Below, one piece after another: positions 8,782 through 17,821 of a stretch of 29,837 nucleotides of DNA. Below the pieces are notes generated by a model that did not search any database, had not been told where the DNA came from, and was given only the letters and a program-made list of their open reading frames with translations. The first letter of the stretch is position 1. Each line of letters starts with the position of its first letter. The position numbers and the translations under genes are program-made. This stretch comes from Promethearchaeota archaeon (GTDB lineage Archaea; Asgardarchaeota; Lokiarchaeia; Sigyniarchaeales; SOKP01): the NCBI GenBank assembly GCA_013375475.1, contig JABXKD010000045.1, forward strand, positions 1 to 29,837, in the 5' to 3' direction.

Positions 8782-9450
8782 GTGATCATGAAAGAAATTA
8801 TTAAAAATGTTTATCACGTTGGCGATTCAGGCTGCTCCGTTTATTTAGTAGACACTAATAGCAACGAAGGACTTATCCTAATCGATTGTGGAATGGACAT
8901 CGAAATTATAAAAAGAATTAGTAAGTTAGGATTAAATCCAAGAAATATTAAGCACTGTTTTTTAACTCATTTTCACATAGATCATACAGGAGCTTGTTCT
9001 GACTTGAAAAACTTCAATAAACAAGTTAAATTTTATGCACATGATTTGGACGCTAACGCAATAGAAGAAAAAGGGTACGATAGTATGACCGCTGCTTCTT
9101 GGTATGGGATTGATTATAAACCAGTTGGATTAGAAAGGAGATTGAAGGGAGATTTAGAAAAAGTTCGATTGGGATTGTACGAATTCCAATGTATTCACAC
9201 TCCAGGGCACACTCCAGGATCTATTTCCATTTTAGTAAAAGTTGAGAATACTAAAGTTCTTTTCGGTCAAGATATTCACGGACCTTTTTATAAGTCGTTT
9301 GGATCAAATCTCGATGATTATCAAATTTCCATGCAAAAACTTCTTGATTTGAAAGCGGATATTCTTTGCGAAGGGCATTTTGGTATCATAAAACCAGCGA
9401 GTGAAGTGGCTCGTTTTATTCAGAGCCACAAGGATGCGAATCTCCCTTAA
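8782..9450 (+). CDS. Metallo-beta-lactamase fold hydrolase (glyoxalase II-like); start probably ATG 8788
   Basis: LIDCG, THFHIDH (HxHxDH), HTPGHTPGS, GQD and EGH motifs. Confidence 0.9.
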   Translation: MIMKEIIKNVYHVGDSGCSVYLVDTNSNEGLILIDCGMDIEIIKRISKLGLNPRNIKHCFLTHFHIDHTGACSDLKNFNKQVKFYAHDLDANAIEEKGYDSMTAASWYGIDYKPVGLERRLKGDLEKVRLGLYEFQCIHTPGHTPGSISILVKVENTKVLFGQDIHGPFYKSFGSNLDDYQISMQKLLDLKADILCEGHFGIIKPASEVARFIQSHKDANLP

Positions 9451-9579
9451 AAAGAAGTAGGGTTAAAATTATAATTATCCTTATTAAAAATCTTTAGAAT
9501 TAAAAAAAAACACAAAATAAACTAGAAATAACTATTCAGAGATAAGAATGAAATAAATATAAAAATAGGGAGTAAATTT

Positions 9580-12500
9580 TTATTTAGTTTTGCTTTTAAT
9601 TAGCTTTATATTGCTTTTAATCACTTTTGCAACGGGTAACTTCTCCGCACCAGCTTGAACAAGTGTATTAAGCGCGTCTTGATGATTTTTTAAAGCTTCA
9701 GCATAAGATTTCTGTTCTAGGTAAGTTAATCCTAATCTATATTGACTTTCAGCCATTCCTTCACTATCTTCAAGTTCTTCGTATATTTTAAGGGCTTGAT
9801 TGCATTTTTTCCACGCCTCGGTATATTTTCCCTCGTTTAGATAAGCTAATCCTTCATTATTCAAATATTTAGCGTTGTTTTTCCGGTCTTCTTCCCGCTC
9901 TGCTATTTGTGCAGCTTCTTCGAAGCGTTTTAACGCAACGGTATAATTACCCTCGTCCAAATATATTAAACCTATATTATTAAGGCTTTCTGCTTTTCGG
10001 GAAAAATTTTTTAATTCCTCATCTAAATTTAAAGATTCTTCGAATGTCTTCAATGCATCAAGATATAACCCCTGGTCCCTATAGATCATAGCAGTATTAT
10101 ATAAATTTTCAGACCTCTCATTTGAGGGCCCTAATACTTTGAAGAGCTTTGTTCCACGATCGTACCACTTAAGTGCTTGATTGTAATCACCGCGATCTTG
10201 ATATACTAAACCAACTCTATTCAAACAATATGATTTGCCAATTAAGTCACCAATTTGATCAAAGATCTCAAGTGCCAAGTTATATCGCTTAAATGCATCT
10301 TTGTACACACCTTGCTTGTGAAAGAGGACACCAATTCTACAAAGGATTCGCGCTTTTCTTTCCTCATCATAAATTTGTTCTGAAATTTTATACGCTTCAT
10401 TGTTCCACTTGAGAGCTTCAGGATAATTGTCTAATTCTTGATAAATTAACCCTATGCTTTCAAAACAATCTGCATTGCCGTCAAGATTTTCGATTTCGTC
10501 GAAAAGTTTATATGCTTCCTCATACCATTTCAAAGCTTCTTGATAATGTTCTTGATCCTTAAAAATATCTCCAATTTTGCGTATAATTGTTGCTTGGTTT
10601 GTAAGGTTGCCTAGTTTTTCTTCAATCTCTAGCGCTTCTTTATATCTATTTAATACTTCAGGGAATTTTTTACGGACAAGAAATATATTACCGATGCAAA
10701 GAAGTCTATGGGCTTTGCCTTTCATGTTTCCGAGTTGATCATCAATGTTTAAAGCTTCTTCGTATAATTTTAGCGCTTCAAGATAATTATCTTCGTCGAA
10801 ATAAATATCCCCTATACTCGTAAAAATATCCGCTTTGATCTCAAGATTTCCTAAGCTTTCTGAAACATAGATAGCTTCATTATATCTCCTCACGGCTTCG
10901 GGATAATGTTTTTGAGCTTGATAAATTTCACCAATTATGTTAAGGATTTCAACTTGTTCTTCTAAATGGCCTAATTGATCTGCAATAAGTAAAGCTTCTT
11001 CGTAACGTTTTAAAGCTTCTACGAAATCCCATTGATCTCGATAGATCTTACCCGAAATATTTAGACAAACGGATTTTTTATGTAAGTTTCCAATCTGTTC
11101 AGCAATCTTGATCGCATCATCAAATTTTTCTAATGCTATCTCATCTTTTCCGGTATAATGATAATTTTTACCGATTAAGTGAAGGCTCTCAATTTTGCCT
11201 TCCATGTTATTATCCTTACTGAAAAGTTCATACGCTTCTTCGAATTTTTGCAGAGCTTGTGGATAATCTCCTTGATCTTGGAAAATAACCCCAATCATAT
11301 TTAGGAGCTCAGCTTTTTTATCGTCTTTTCCAATTTTTTTAATAATATCAAGAGCATCTTTATATCTACTTAAAGCATCTTTGAAATTAGCTTGTTCTGC
11401 ATAGTAGTTTCCTAAATTTTTCAAAGTTTCAGCATTTCCCTTAAGATTTTCCGTTTCTCCATAAATTCGAAAAGCTTCTTCAAAGTTATTTAACGAAGCT
11501 ACGAAATTTCTTTGATCGAGATAGATTTGTCCAATAGTAGTAAGAATAGCTGCTTGATTGTTTAAATCTTCATACTGTTCTAATATTTCGAATGCGCTTT
11601 CAAATCGTTTTAGAGCTTTCGGATAAGATTTCTGTTCCTTGTATATTAATCCCATACTTCTTAAGACATCAACCTTACCCTTTACTTCTCCAGCTTGGTC
11701 AAAAAATTTTAAAGAATCTTCGTACCATTTTAGGGCTTCAAAATGTTTATCTTGTTTTTGAAAAATTAAGCCTAGTTGGTTTGAAAACTTAGCTTGTAGT
11801 AAATTATCTCCCATTTTTTCCGCAATTTGAAAACCCTCTTCAAAGTAATCGAACGCTTTAGGATAGTTCCATTGATCACTATAAATTTTACCAATAGAAT
11901 TTAGAGCCTCTAGTTTTCCTTCCATATTTTGCAGTAGATCATAGATTCGTAACGCTTCATTACATTTTTCAAGACCAGTGAGCGAATCCCCCATCTCGTG
12001 AGATATTTGGCCAATGAAATTTAGAATTTCTGCTTTATCTTCAAAATTCTCTAATTTCTCGCTGATTTCTAAGGCTTGATTAAACTCTTTTAAAGCTGCT
12101 TCGTAATTCTTTTTTGAATAATAAACCTTTCCTTTGAGTTTATAATTAGATGCTTTTTCAGCAAGATTTGCATATCTCTCATTAATTTTAATAGACGATT
12201 CAAAGTATTTCAAAGCTTCATCGTAATTCTCCTGGTTTTGGTATGTTATACCTAGATATTTTAAGATTTTCGATTTTTCGTTAAAATCTTTGATTTTTTC
12301 ATTCTCTTTTAGAGCATATTCAAAATTTCTAATTGCTTCAGTATAATTTTTCTGAGCTTGATAGGAAAGACCCAAATACTTAAAAATGGAGACTTTTTGA
12401 GGAAAGATCTTTATTTTGAGTTGAACTTGTAAAGATTTCCGCAACCATTCTACTGCTTCCTTATAGTTCATTTGAGCATAGTTGATAATACCCATCTCCA

Positions 12501-13647
12501 TTAGGGAAATTGCTTTCCACGGATTATCTCCTGAGTCTTCGCTTAATCGAAAAATTCTTTCTAAACATCTTAATGAATCAGTGTAGTTTTTAGTTTCGAA
12601 ATAAATCTTATTTGAAATATATAACTTAGTCAATTCGCTTGGTTCATTAACGTTAGATTTAAGCCATTCCATCAAATTAATATTGAATTTATCTTTGCTT
12701 AGCTTTTCTTTAATCTTTAAGAGTTTCCCAAGAAATTTTGGAGTATTGATATTTAGGCGATAAACGTTAACAGAATCGTTTAATCTCTTAATTTCTGAAA
12801 GTTGTTGATCTAAATCATCCATACCGGTTATTTCGCTACTTTTTGGCTTTCCAACAACAAAAAGATCTTCTTTAGTTTTACTATCTGAAATGTGGTTTAT
12901 CCAAATTAGAGTTTTCAAATCGTCCATGATTTTAAGAGTCGAAATAAGATCGTAATCGTTCTTACCTGAATATCCCATAATTATAAGTGTGCGTTCTGAT
13001 GAGGTTTTTTCTAAAAATTGAGCTTTATAAGGTTCTAACTGGATGATATTATTCTTGGTCTGGTTTAATCCGATTAATTTTAAAGTATTTATAAACGATT
13101 TTCTTGTGTCTTCTCCCGTGATTATGTTTTTAGAAGAACCATGAATTTTATATACAGGAAATCTCCCACTCCGATAAAGTTTTTCTGGATCGCTGAATCG
13201 TTCGTAATCTTTCTCTGTAATAACGGGGACAATTTTCTTTTTAGGGATATCAGATTGTAAGAGAGCATATTCCAGAAGAAAATCGAAGTTGGTAGTTATT
13301 ATAAAATGCCCTTTTTTTATCATCTCAGCTAAAACTAAATGCTCAAGGTTGGGTTTGTCACTTTCCTGATAAAAATCTAGAAATTTCACATCATCTAAGG
13401 ATTCAAGAATAATACCCGTTAGAATTTCAAATGGTAAATTTTCTATTTTCGAGATTTTGTCTATTTCTGACTTAGAACATGAAAATTTAATGAGCGCTTC
13501 AATCGTTTCATTCGCTGCGGGTAATTGCGAAGGAGACTCCACCGAAGCTCCCGCTCCTACTAAAAATGTAAATTTTTCGTCTTCTGATATTAACTCATTA
13601 ATATTTAAATTAGATTTTTTAATTGAACTCAAATTATTCTCACCCAA
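9580..13647 (-). CDS. SIR2-like (SIR2_2) domain + 25x TPR repeat protein
   Basis: N-terminal FLVGAGAS..SQLP, IITTNFD, KIHGS and IMGYSG..DYD motifs of SIR2_2 domains, followed by about 1000 aa of 40-aa TPR-like repeats. TTG start. Confidence 0.9.
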   Translation of the reverse strand: MGENNLSSIKKSNLNINELISEDEKFTFLVGAGASVESPSQLPAANETIEALIKFSCSKSEIDKISKIENLPFEILTGIILESLDDVKFLDFYQESDKPNLEHLVLAEMIKKGHFIITTNFDFLLEYALLQSDIPKKKIVPVITEKDYERFSDPEKLYRSGRFPVYKIHGSSKNIITGEDTRKSFINTLKLIGLNQTKNNIIQLEPYKAQFLEKTSSERTLIIMGYSGKNDYDLISTLKIMDDLKTLIWINHISDSKTKEDLFVVGKPKSSEITGMDDLDQQLSEIKRLNDSVNVYRLNINTPKFLGKLLKIKEKLSKDKFNINLMEWLKSNVNEPSELTKLYISNKIYFETKNYTDSLRCLERIFRLSEDSGDNPWKAISLMEMGIINYAQMNYKEAVEWLRKSLQVQLKIKIFPQKVSIFKYLGLSYQAQKNYTEAIRNFEYALKENEKIKDFNEKSKILKYLGITYQNQENYDEALKYFESSIKINERYANLAEKASNYKLKGKVYYSKKNYEAALKEFNQALEISEKLENFEDKAEILNFIGQISHEMGDSLTGLEKCNEALRIYDLLQNMEGKLEALNSIGKIYSDQWNYPKAFDYFEEGFQIAEKMGDNLLQAKFSNQLGLIFQKQDKHFEALKWYEDSLKFFDQAGEVKGKVDVLRSMGLIYKEQKSYPKALKRFESAFEILEQYEDLNNQAAILTTIGQIYLDQRNFVASLNNFEEAFRIYGETENLKGNAETLKNLGNYYAEQANFKDALSRYKDALDIIKKIGKDDKKAELLNMIGVIFQDQGDYPQALQKFEEAYELFSKDNNMEGKIESLHLIGKNYHYTGKDEIALEKFDDAIKIAEQIGNLHKKSVCLNISGKIYRDQWDFVEALKRYEEALLIADQLGHLEEQVEILNIIGEIYQAQKHYPEAVRRYNEAIYVSESLGNLEIKADIFTSIGDIYFDEDNYLEALKLYEEALNIDDQLGNMKGKAHRLLCIGNIFLVRKKFPEVLNRYKEALEIEEKLGNLTNQATIIRKIGDIFKDQEHYQEALKWYEEAYKLFDEIENLDGNADCFESIGLIYQELDNYPEALKWNNEAYKISEQIYDEERKARILCRIGVLFHKQGVYKDAFKRYNLALEIFDQIGDLIGKSYCLNRVGLVYQDRGDYNQALKWYDRGTKLFKVLGPSNERSENLYNTAMIYRDQGLYLDALKTFEESLNLDEELKNFSRKAESLNNIGLIYLDEGNYTVALKRFEEAAQIAEREEDRKNNAKYLNNEGLAYLNEGKYTEAWKKCNQALKIYEELEDSEGMAESQYRLGLTYLEQKSYAEALKNHQDALNTLVQAGAEKLPVAKVIKSNIKLIKSKTK
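9634..12633 (-). repeat. 25 tandem 40-aa (120-nt period) TPR-like repeats within the SIR2-TPR gene
   Basis: Residues about 339-1338 divide into 25 consecutive 40-aa units (consensus A..LN.IG.IY..Q..Y.EAL..YEEAL.I.E.LG....K) with no indels on manual alignment. Confidence 0.85.
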
Positions 13648-13821
13648 ACTAAAAAATGTCTGTAGTAAGATTACTATTACTTTATCGTTTTAAAAAATTA
13701 TGCCTTATTAAAAATTTAATTTAAGATTATTAAGTTAAGAATTTGAAAAAAAAATTTTATCTGTTTTAATTAATAGTACCAAATATTAGAATGATTTTAG
13801 TTAATCTATGATTTAATCAAA

Positions 13822-14682
13822 ATGCGATATGAAGATTGGCATACTCACAACTCATTATGCAAACATGCGATTGGTACTATAGAAGATTATATAAAAGAGG
13901 CTGTTAAACTAAATTTAAATGTAATTGGAATTAGCGATCACTTCCCGTACGAGTATCTAGTTTCAGAACTTCCCACTCTTGATCAAATTCCATATGAAGA
14001 GTATGCAATGCCTTTATATGATCTTGATAAATACATGTTCCAACTAGAAGAACTAAGAGAGAAATACAGTGATCAAATACACGTTAGGTTCGCTTTCGAG
14101 ATTGACTATTTCAAGCACCAAGACTACATGCTCAATAAATATCTAAAAAAGTATATAGATAAACTAGACTATATTTTAGGGTCTGTTCATGTTCTTTTTG
14201 GTAAAGCAGGCACATTTGCTTTCGATGATGGGCGTTTCCTAAATAAATACAGGGAATATTCCGTTAACGATGAAATCTATATAGAATTCTACAATTCCTT
14301 ACAAGATATGATTAAATCACCTACATTTGAATTAGATATCGTTACCCACTTCGATTTACCAAAAAAATTTGATAAGAGAGTTGAAGATCATGATACCGTT
14401 ATGGAAAAAGTCATCGAAACTCTTGAATTAGTGAAAAAAAATGATCTTATGATCGAAATTAATACGAGCGGTTTGAGGAAGAAAGCGAAAGAACAATACC
14501 CTAGCGAAGAGATTATTAGAAAAATGTATGAACTTGACATTCCCATTCTTTTAGGTTCAGACGCTCACCATCCTAAAGAAGTCGCGTATAAATTTAAGGA
14601 AATAACGAAGTTATTGAAAACTATTGGGTATAATCAACTCGCCCATTATGAAAAAAGAAAAAGATCGTACATAGATTTCTAA
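13822..14682 (+). CDS. hisK: Histidinol-phosphatase, PHP family (HisK/HisJ type)
   Basis: DWHTH...CKHA, ISDH, EIDY, LDYILGSVH, THFD, EINTSG and LGSDAH metal-binding motifs. Confidence 0.85.
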   Translation: MRYEDWHTHNSLCKHAIGTIEDYIKEAVKLNLNVIGISDHFPYEYLVSELPTLDQIPYEEYAMPLYDLDKYMFQLEELREKYSDQIHVRFAFEIDYFKHQDYMLNKYLKKYIDKLDYILGSVHVLFGKAGTFAFDDGRFLNKYREYSVNDEIYIEFYNSLQDMIKSPTFELDIVTHFDLPKKFDKRVEDHDTVMEKVIETLELVKKNDLMIEINTSGLRKKAKEQYPSEEIIRKMYELDIPILLGSDAHHPKEVAYKFKEITKLLKTIGYNQLAHYEKRKRSYIDF

Positions 14683-14704
14683 TTTATAAATTAGTTTAAC
14701 GCCT

Positions 14705-15595
14705 TCAATCTAGCTTCCGAGCACGCAACCAGCCTTCCATAACCAAACTTCGTAGCAATCGCTGGTGTTTTACATCTTTTGTATAGAGCACCAAATTGTT
14801 GTCATCTCCCTCTCCTACAATTGAAAACAATAATTCCTCACCGTCCCGATCAATTAAGTATCTATCACGATCTTCATACAATCGAATAGAAATATTATCC
14901 AAACTTTCCAATTCCTCTAAAAGTTCAGCATCCTCCTCGAGACTTGGATCGATGTTACACATAATTTTCACATTGACGGAAGAACGTACCTCATACAGGT
15001 GTAAATCTTGTAGGTCATTAATGTCAAGAACTGCAATTGTAACGTTATGAACGGCATTCCCAAGGATTTCTCTTATTTTTCCCAATATATCCGCCTTAGG
15101 AATCTCTCTGAAGGTGGAATCGATAATTTTCGCATCAGATTCAGATGAAAGGTTATTCCGTAGTTTTTCATTTTCTGCTTCTAACGCTTCTAAATCCTCA
15201 TCTGCTTTTTCTAATTCCCCAGTTAAAATGGTTAGTTTCTTTTGATAATCTTCTATTTCTTCATCCTTCTCTTCAATGAGGTTTTTTTTAACAGTAGAAG
15301 AACTCAACTCTTTCAATTCTTCTTCCTTTAAACTGATGGATGTCTCTAAAGTTTTTATTTTCTGGTTTTTGATTTCTAAAGATTTGTTTAGCGTATCAAT
15401 TTGTTGCTCTTTTAAGTTCATTGAGTCTATCATTGTTTTTATTTGATCATCTTTCAGGTTTAGAGATGTGGTTAAATTATTTGTTAAATCCTCTTTGCTC
15501 TTTATTATAAGGTCGTAATTTTCAAATTTTTTAATAACTTTATTTAATTCATCCTTTAATTCGCGAATGATTCTGTCCCTATCGTCTTCTCCCAT
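14705..15595 (-). CDS. Coiled-coil protein with C-terminal TrmB-sugar-binding/PLD-like domain
   Basis: About 150 aa of heptad coiled coil, then an alpha/beta domain (IREILGNAVHNVTIAV...NISIRLY...LIDRDGEELLF...W..ARKL) typical of PLD-fold/TrmB C-terminal domains. No HKD motif. Confidence 0.65.
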   Translation of the reverse strand: MGEDDRDRIIRELKDELNKVIKKFENYDLIIKSKEDLTNNLTTSLNLKDDQIKTMIDSMNLKEQQIDTLNKSLEIKNQKIKTLETSISLKEEELKELSSSTVKKNLIEEKDEEIEDYQKKLTILTGELEKADEDLEALEAENEKLRNNLSSESDAKIIDSTFREIPKADILGKIREILGNAVHNVTIAVLDINDLQDLHLYEVRSSVNVKIMCNIDPSLEEDAELLEELESLDNISIRLYEDRDRYLIDRDGEELLFSIVGEGDDNNLVLYTKDVKHQRLLRSLVMEGWLRARKLD

Positions 15596-15797
15596 CTTAA
15601 CTTCTCTCAGATGTCTAGTTATTCTGATATAGTTTATGAATAATAATAAAAGAATTTCTTTATAATTTTTAGTTAAAAAAAGATGCTATTGCCAATAAAA
15701 ATGGAAAAAAATAAATTGCAGATAGTGATTTATTTTTGTACTCTTCTTTGACCATTTTAAGTATAGCTTTAAATTTGATTAGTTTTATTATATTCTC

Positions 15798-16535
15798 ATG
15801 TCTAAAGAAGACCACATGAAACATTTAAATCTTGAGTTAACAGAATTATTAAGTAACGAAATTAAAGACCAGAAAAGCATCCTCGGTATTTCTATCTCAA
15901 CACACGGAGGAACACATATTGTAAGCGAGTTAAAGGAAGATATCAAGATGACAAAAACTGAACTCGCTGCTGCGAGTAGTAGCATGGTATTCCTTTCGTC
16001 TAAAATGTTAAGTGACTCTTTAAATCAAAAAAGCTCGTACACCTTAATTACCGGCCAAAAAAGGATAATTTTGTCAATTTTAACAGATTATATGGCCTTA
16101 ATCGCCTATTTAGATAGGGAATTAGCAGAACTTGAAGGGTTAGATTTTTACATACGTTCTCTAAGAAAACTCGCCATAAAAATGTCAGCAATTATAGAAA
16201 CTAGCGATCTCATCAAGGAAGAGATTTTTGTGGCTCTCAAAAGAGCAATTCCAAACGCGTTAGTTATCGCCATCATCACCAAAGATGGATTACCTATTAA
16301 AGTTCAGTCTACGATGCCTGAACCGATCATATCCGCAATGACTTCCGCAATTTATAATTTAGCGGGAATCTTATTAGAGGGAAGTCTAGAATTCTCAATA
16401 ATTGGTGGAGATCACGGCTCGATTATTATCCACGAATTAGACGAAAGCAGGATTCTCGCAATCGCTGTGTCCGAAGGAGATGAGAAAATCCTAAGAAGTC
16501 ATATAGCTAAAATCAAATCGATTATTAAACAATAA
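15798..16535 (+). CDS. Tandem (double) roadblock/LC7 (MglB/LAMTOR-like) domain protein
   Basis: Two units: ILGISISTHGGTHIVS...ELAAASSSMV.LS..ML and ALVIAIITKDGLPI...IISAMTSAIY.LA, each followed by the roadblock beta-sheet and terminal helix. Confidence 0.85.
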   Translation: MSKEDHMKHLNLELTELLSNEIKDQKSILGISISTHGGTHIVSELKEDIKMTKTELAAASSSMVFLSSKMLSDSLNQKSSYTLITGQKRIILSILTDYMALIAYLDRELAELEGLDFYIRSLRKLAIKMSAIIETSDLIKEEIFVALKRAIPNALVIAIITKDGLPIKVQSTMPEPIISAMTSAIYNLAGILLEGSLEFSIIGGDHGSIIIHELDESRILAIAVSEGDEKILRSHIAKIKSIIKQ

Positions 16536-16543
16536 TTCTTAGG

Positions 16544-17791
16544 CTATTTAATTATCTTTTTTATCTTATCTACTACTTTTAAACTACCCAAATAAGAATC
16601 AGAAAAAGATTTAGCCTTAAATAAAATAGTACAAACTGGCTCGTTTTTGTAAATGTTCTTGACTGGTTCCGACTTATCGTGAACATATTCCAGGTCGTTA
16701 ATTTTATTTAGTAACATTTTATCGATTTCTTTAGGTGCAAAGAAAATAATCTTGGTCGAAAAATTTTCGAATTTTGCATCCTTCAGCGTCTTTTTGACGA
16801 ATTCCCACCCCTTGTCTGTAAAACTCTTTATATGCAAATCTAATAGATTTATGTTCATTGCCTCTTCAGAAGCACTAATTGATCCCGGAATTCGGGGATT
16901 GATCTCCATTAAATATGGATAGTGGTTTCTCAAAACGAAATCAAACCCGTTAATTCCCTTTAGACCTAACTCGGTTGATAACTTTAACGAAATATCAACT
17001 ATCAACTTCTTTTCTTCTTCAAATAAATTAGCAGGAACTATATTCCCACAATACATAAATTCTTTTGGAGCATTCAGATATTTATCTCCCACTACCTGAT
17101 TATTTACCGAAATTACTTCGCTTTCTACTCCGTTAGATATTGTCGTACAACTTACCGGATTTCCTTCTATATATTCTTGCATTAGCCAATCTTTTGGATC
17201 GAAGGTTTCTCTATTAATTAGGTTGATGGTAAAGGAGAGATCGGATTTATTTTGTATTTTATATACATTTGTTCCACCAGAACCACTCCCTTTCTTTAAT
17301 ATAAATGGGTATTCTAACTCGTTAACTTTAGACCTAACTTCTTCGAAGAGAACTGTTCTTGGAACATCGAAACCTCCTTTTATTAAAAAATTTAAAATGA
17401 AGAGTATATCTCTGCTCTTTTTAATCGCTTCTAATTCGTTATTAAGGTTAAGAATTCTGTATTTCTTTCGATTTATCTCTTTTAAAATGAGAGCTCTCTC
17501 TTCTATAGCATCGTCTAAACCACTTCCAATAATCAGATATTTGATTTCAGGATATTTGTCTAAGAGCTCTAGAATTAAGATGGGGAGGTATTCACTATAA
17601 TTATTTTTAATTAAATCATAGTTTACGCTTAACTTCTTGGTAAGTATTAAACAATCTTTAACATAGGAATAAAGGTCTAAGTCGCCAAAGAAATCAACAG
17701 CATACACTTCAAACCCTGCTCTGTTTAAAGAATAAACTAAAGGGCGAGTGTTGAAACCAGCAACTAAAACAGATTCTTCTTTATTGCTCAT
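16544..17791 (-). CDS. ATP-grasp domain carboligase (archaeal ATP-grasp_3 / COG2232-like)
   Basis: AGFNTRP...AVDFFGDLDL N-terminus, YPFILKKGSGSGG, QEYIEG, YCGN, GINGFDFV and MEINPRIPGS motifs. Confidence 0.85.
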   Translation of the reverse strand: MSNKEESVLVAGFNTRPLVYSLNRAGFEVYAVDFFGDLDLYSYVKDCLILTKKLSVNYDLIKNNYSEYLPILILELLDKYPEIKYLIIGSGLDDAIEERALILKEINRKKYRILNLNNELEAIKKSRDILFILNFLIKGGFDVPRTVLFEEVRSKVNELEYPFILKKGSGSGGTNVYKIQNKSDLSFTINLINRETFDPKDWLMQEYIEGNPVSCTTISNGVESEVISVNNQVVGDKYLNAPKEFMYCGNIVPANLFEEEKKLIVDISLKLSTELGLKGINGFDFVLRNHYPYLMEINPRIPGSISASEEAMNINLLDLHIKSFTDKGWEFVKKTLKDAKFENFSTKIIFFAPKEIDKMLLNKINDLEYVHDKSEPVKNIYKNEPVCTILFKAKSFSDSYLGSLKVVDKIKKIIK

Positions 17792-17821
17792 TATTTAAAT
17801 AATAAGAAGTTAAATTTGAAC

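Noticed and set aside
9634-12633. CRISPR array or DNA tandem repeat
   Set aside because: The 120-nt periodicity is protein-level (TPR) with diverged nucleotides; no identical repeat-spacer pattern was seen anywhere in the window.
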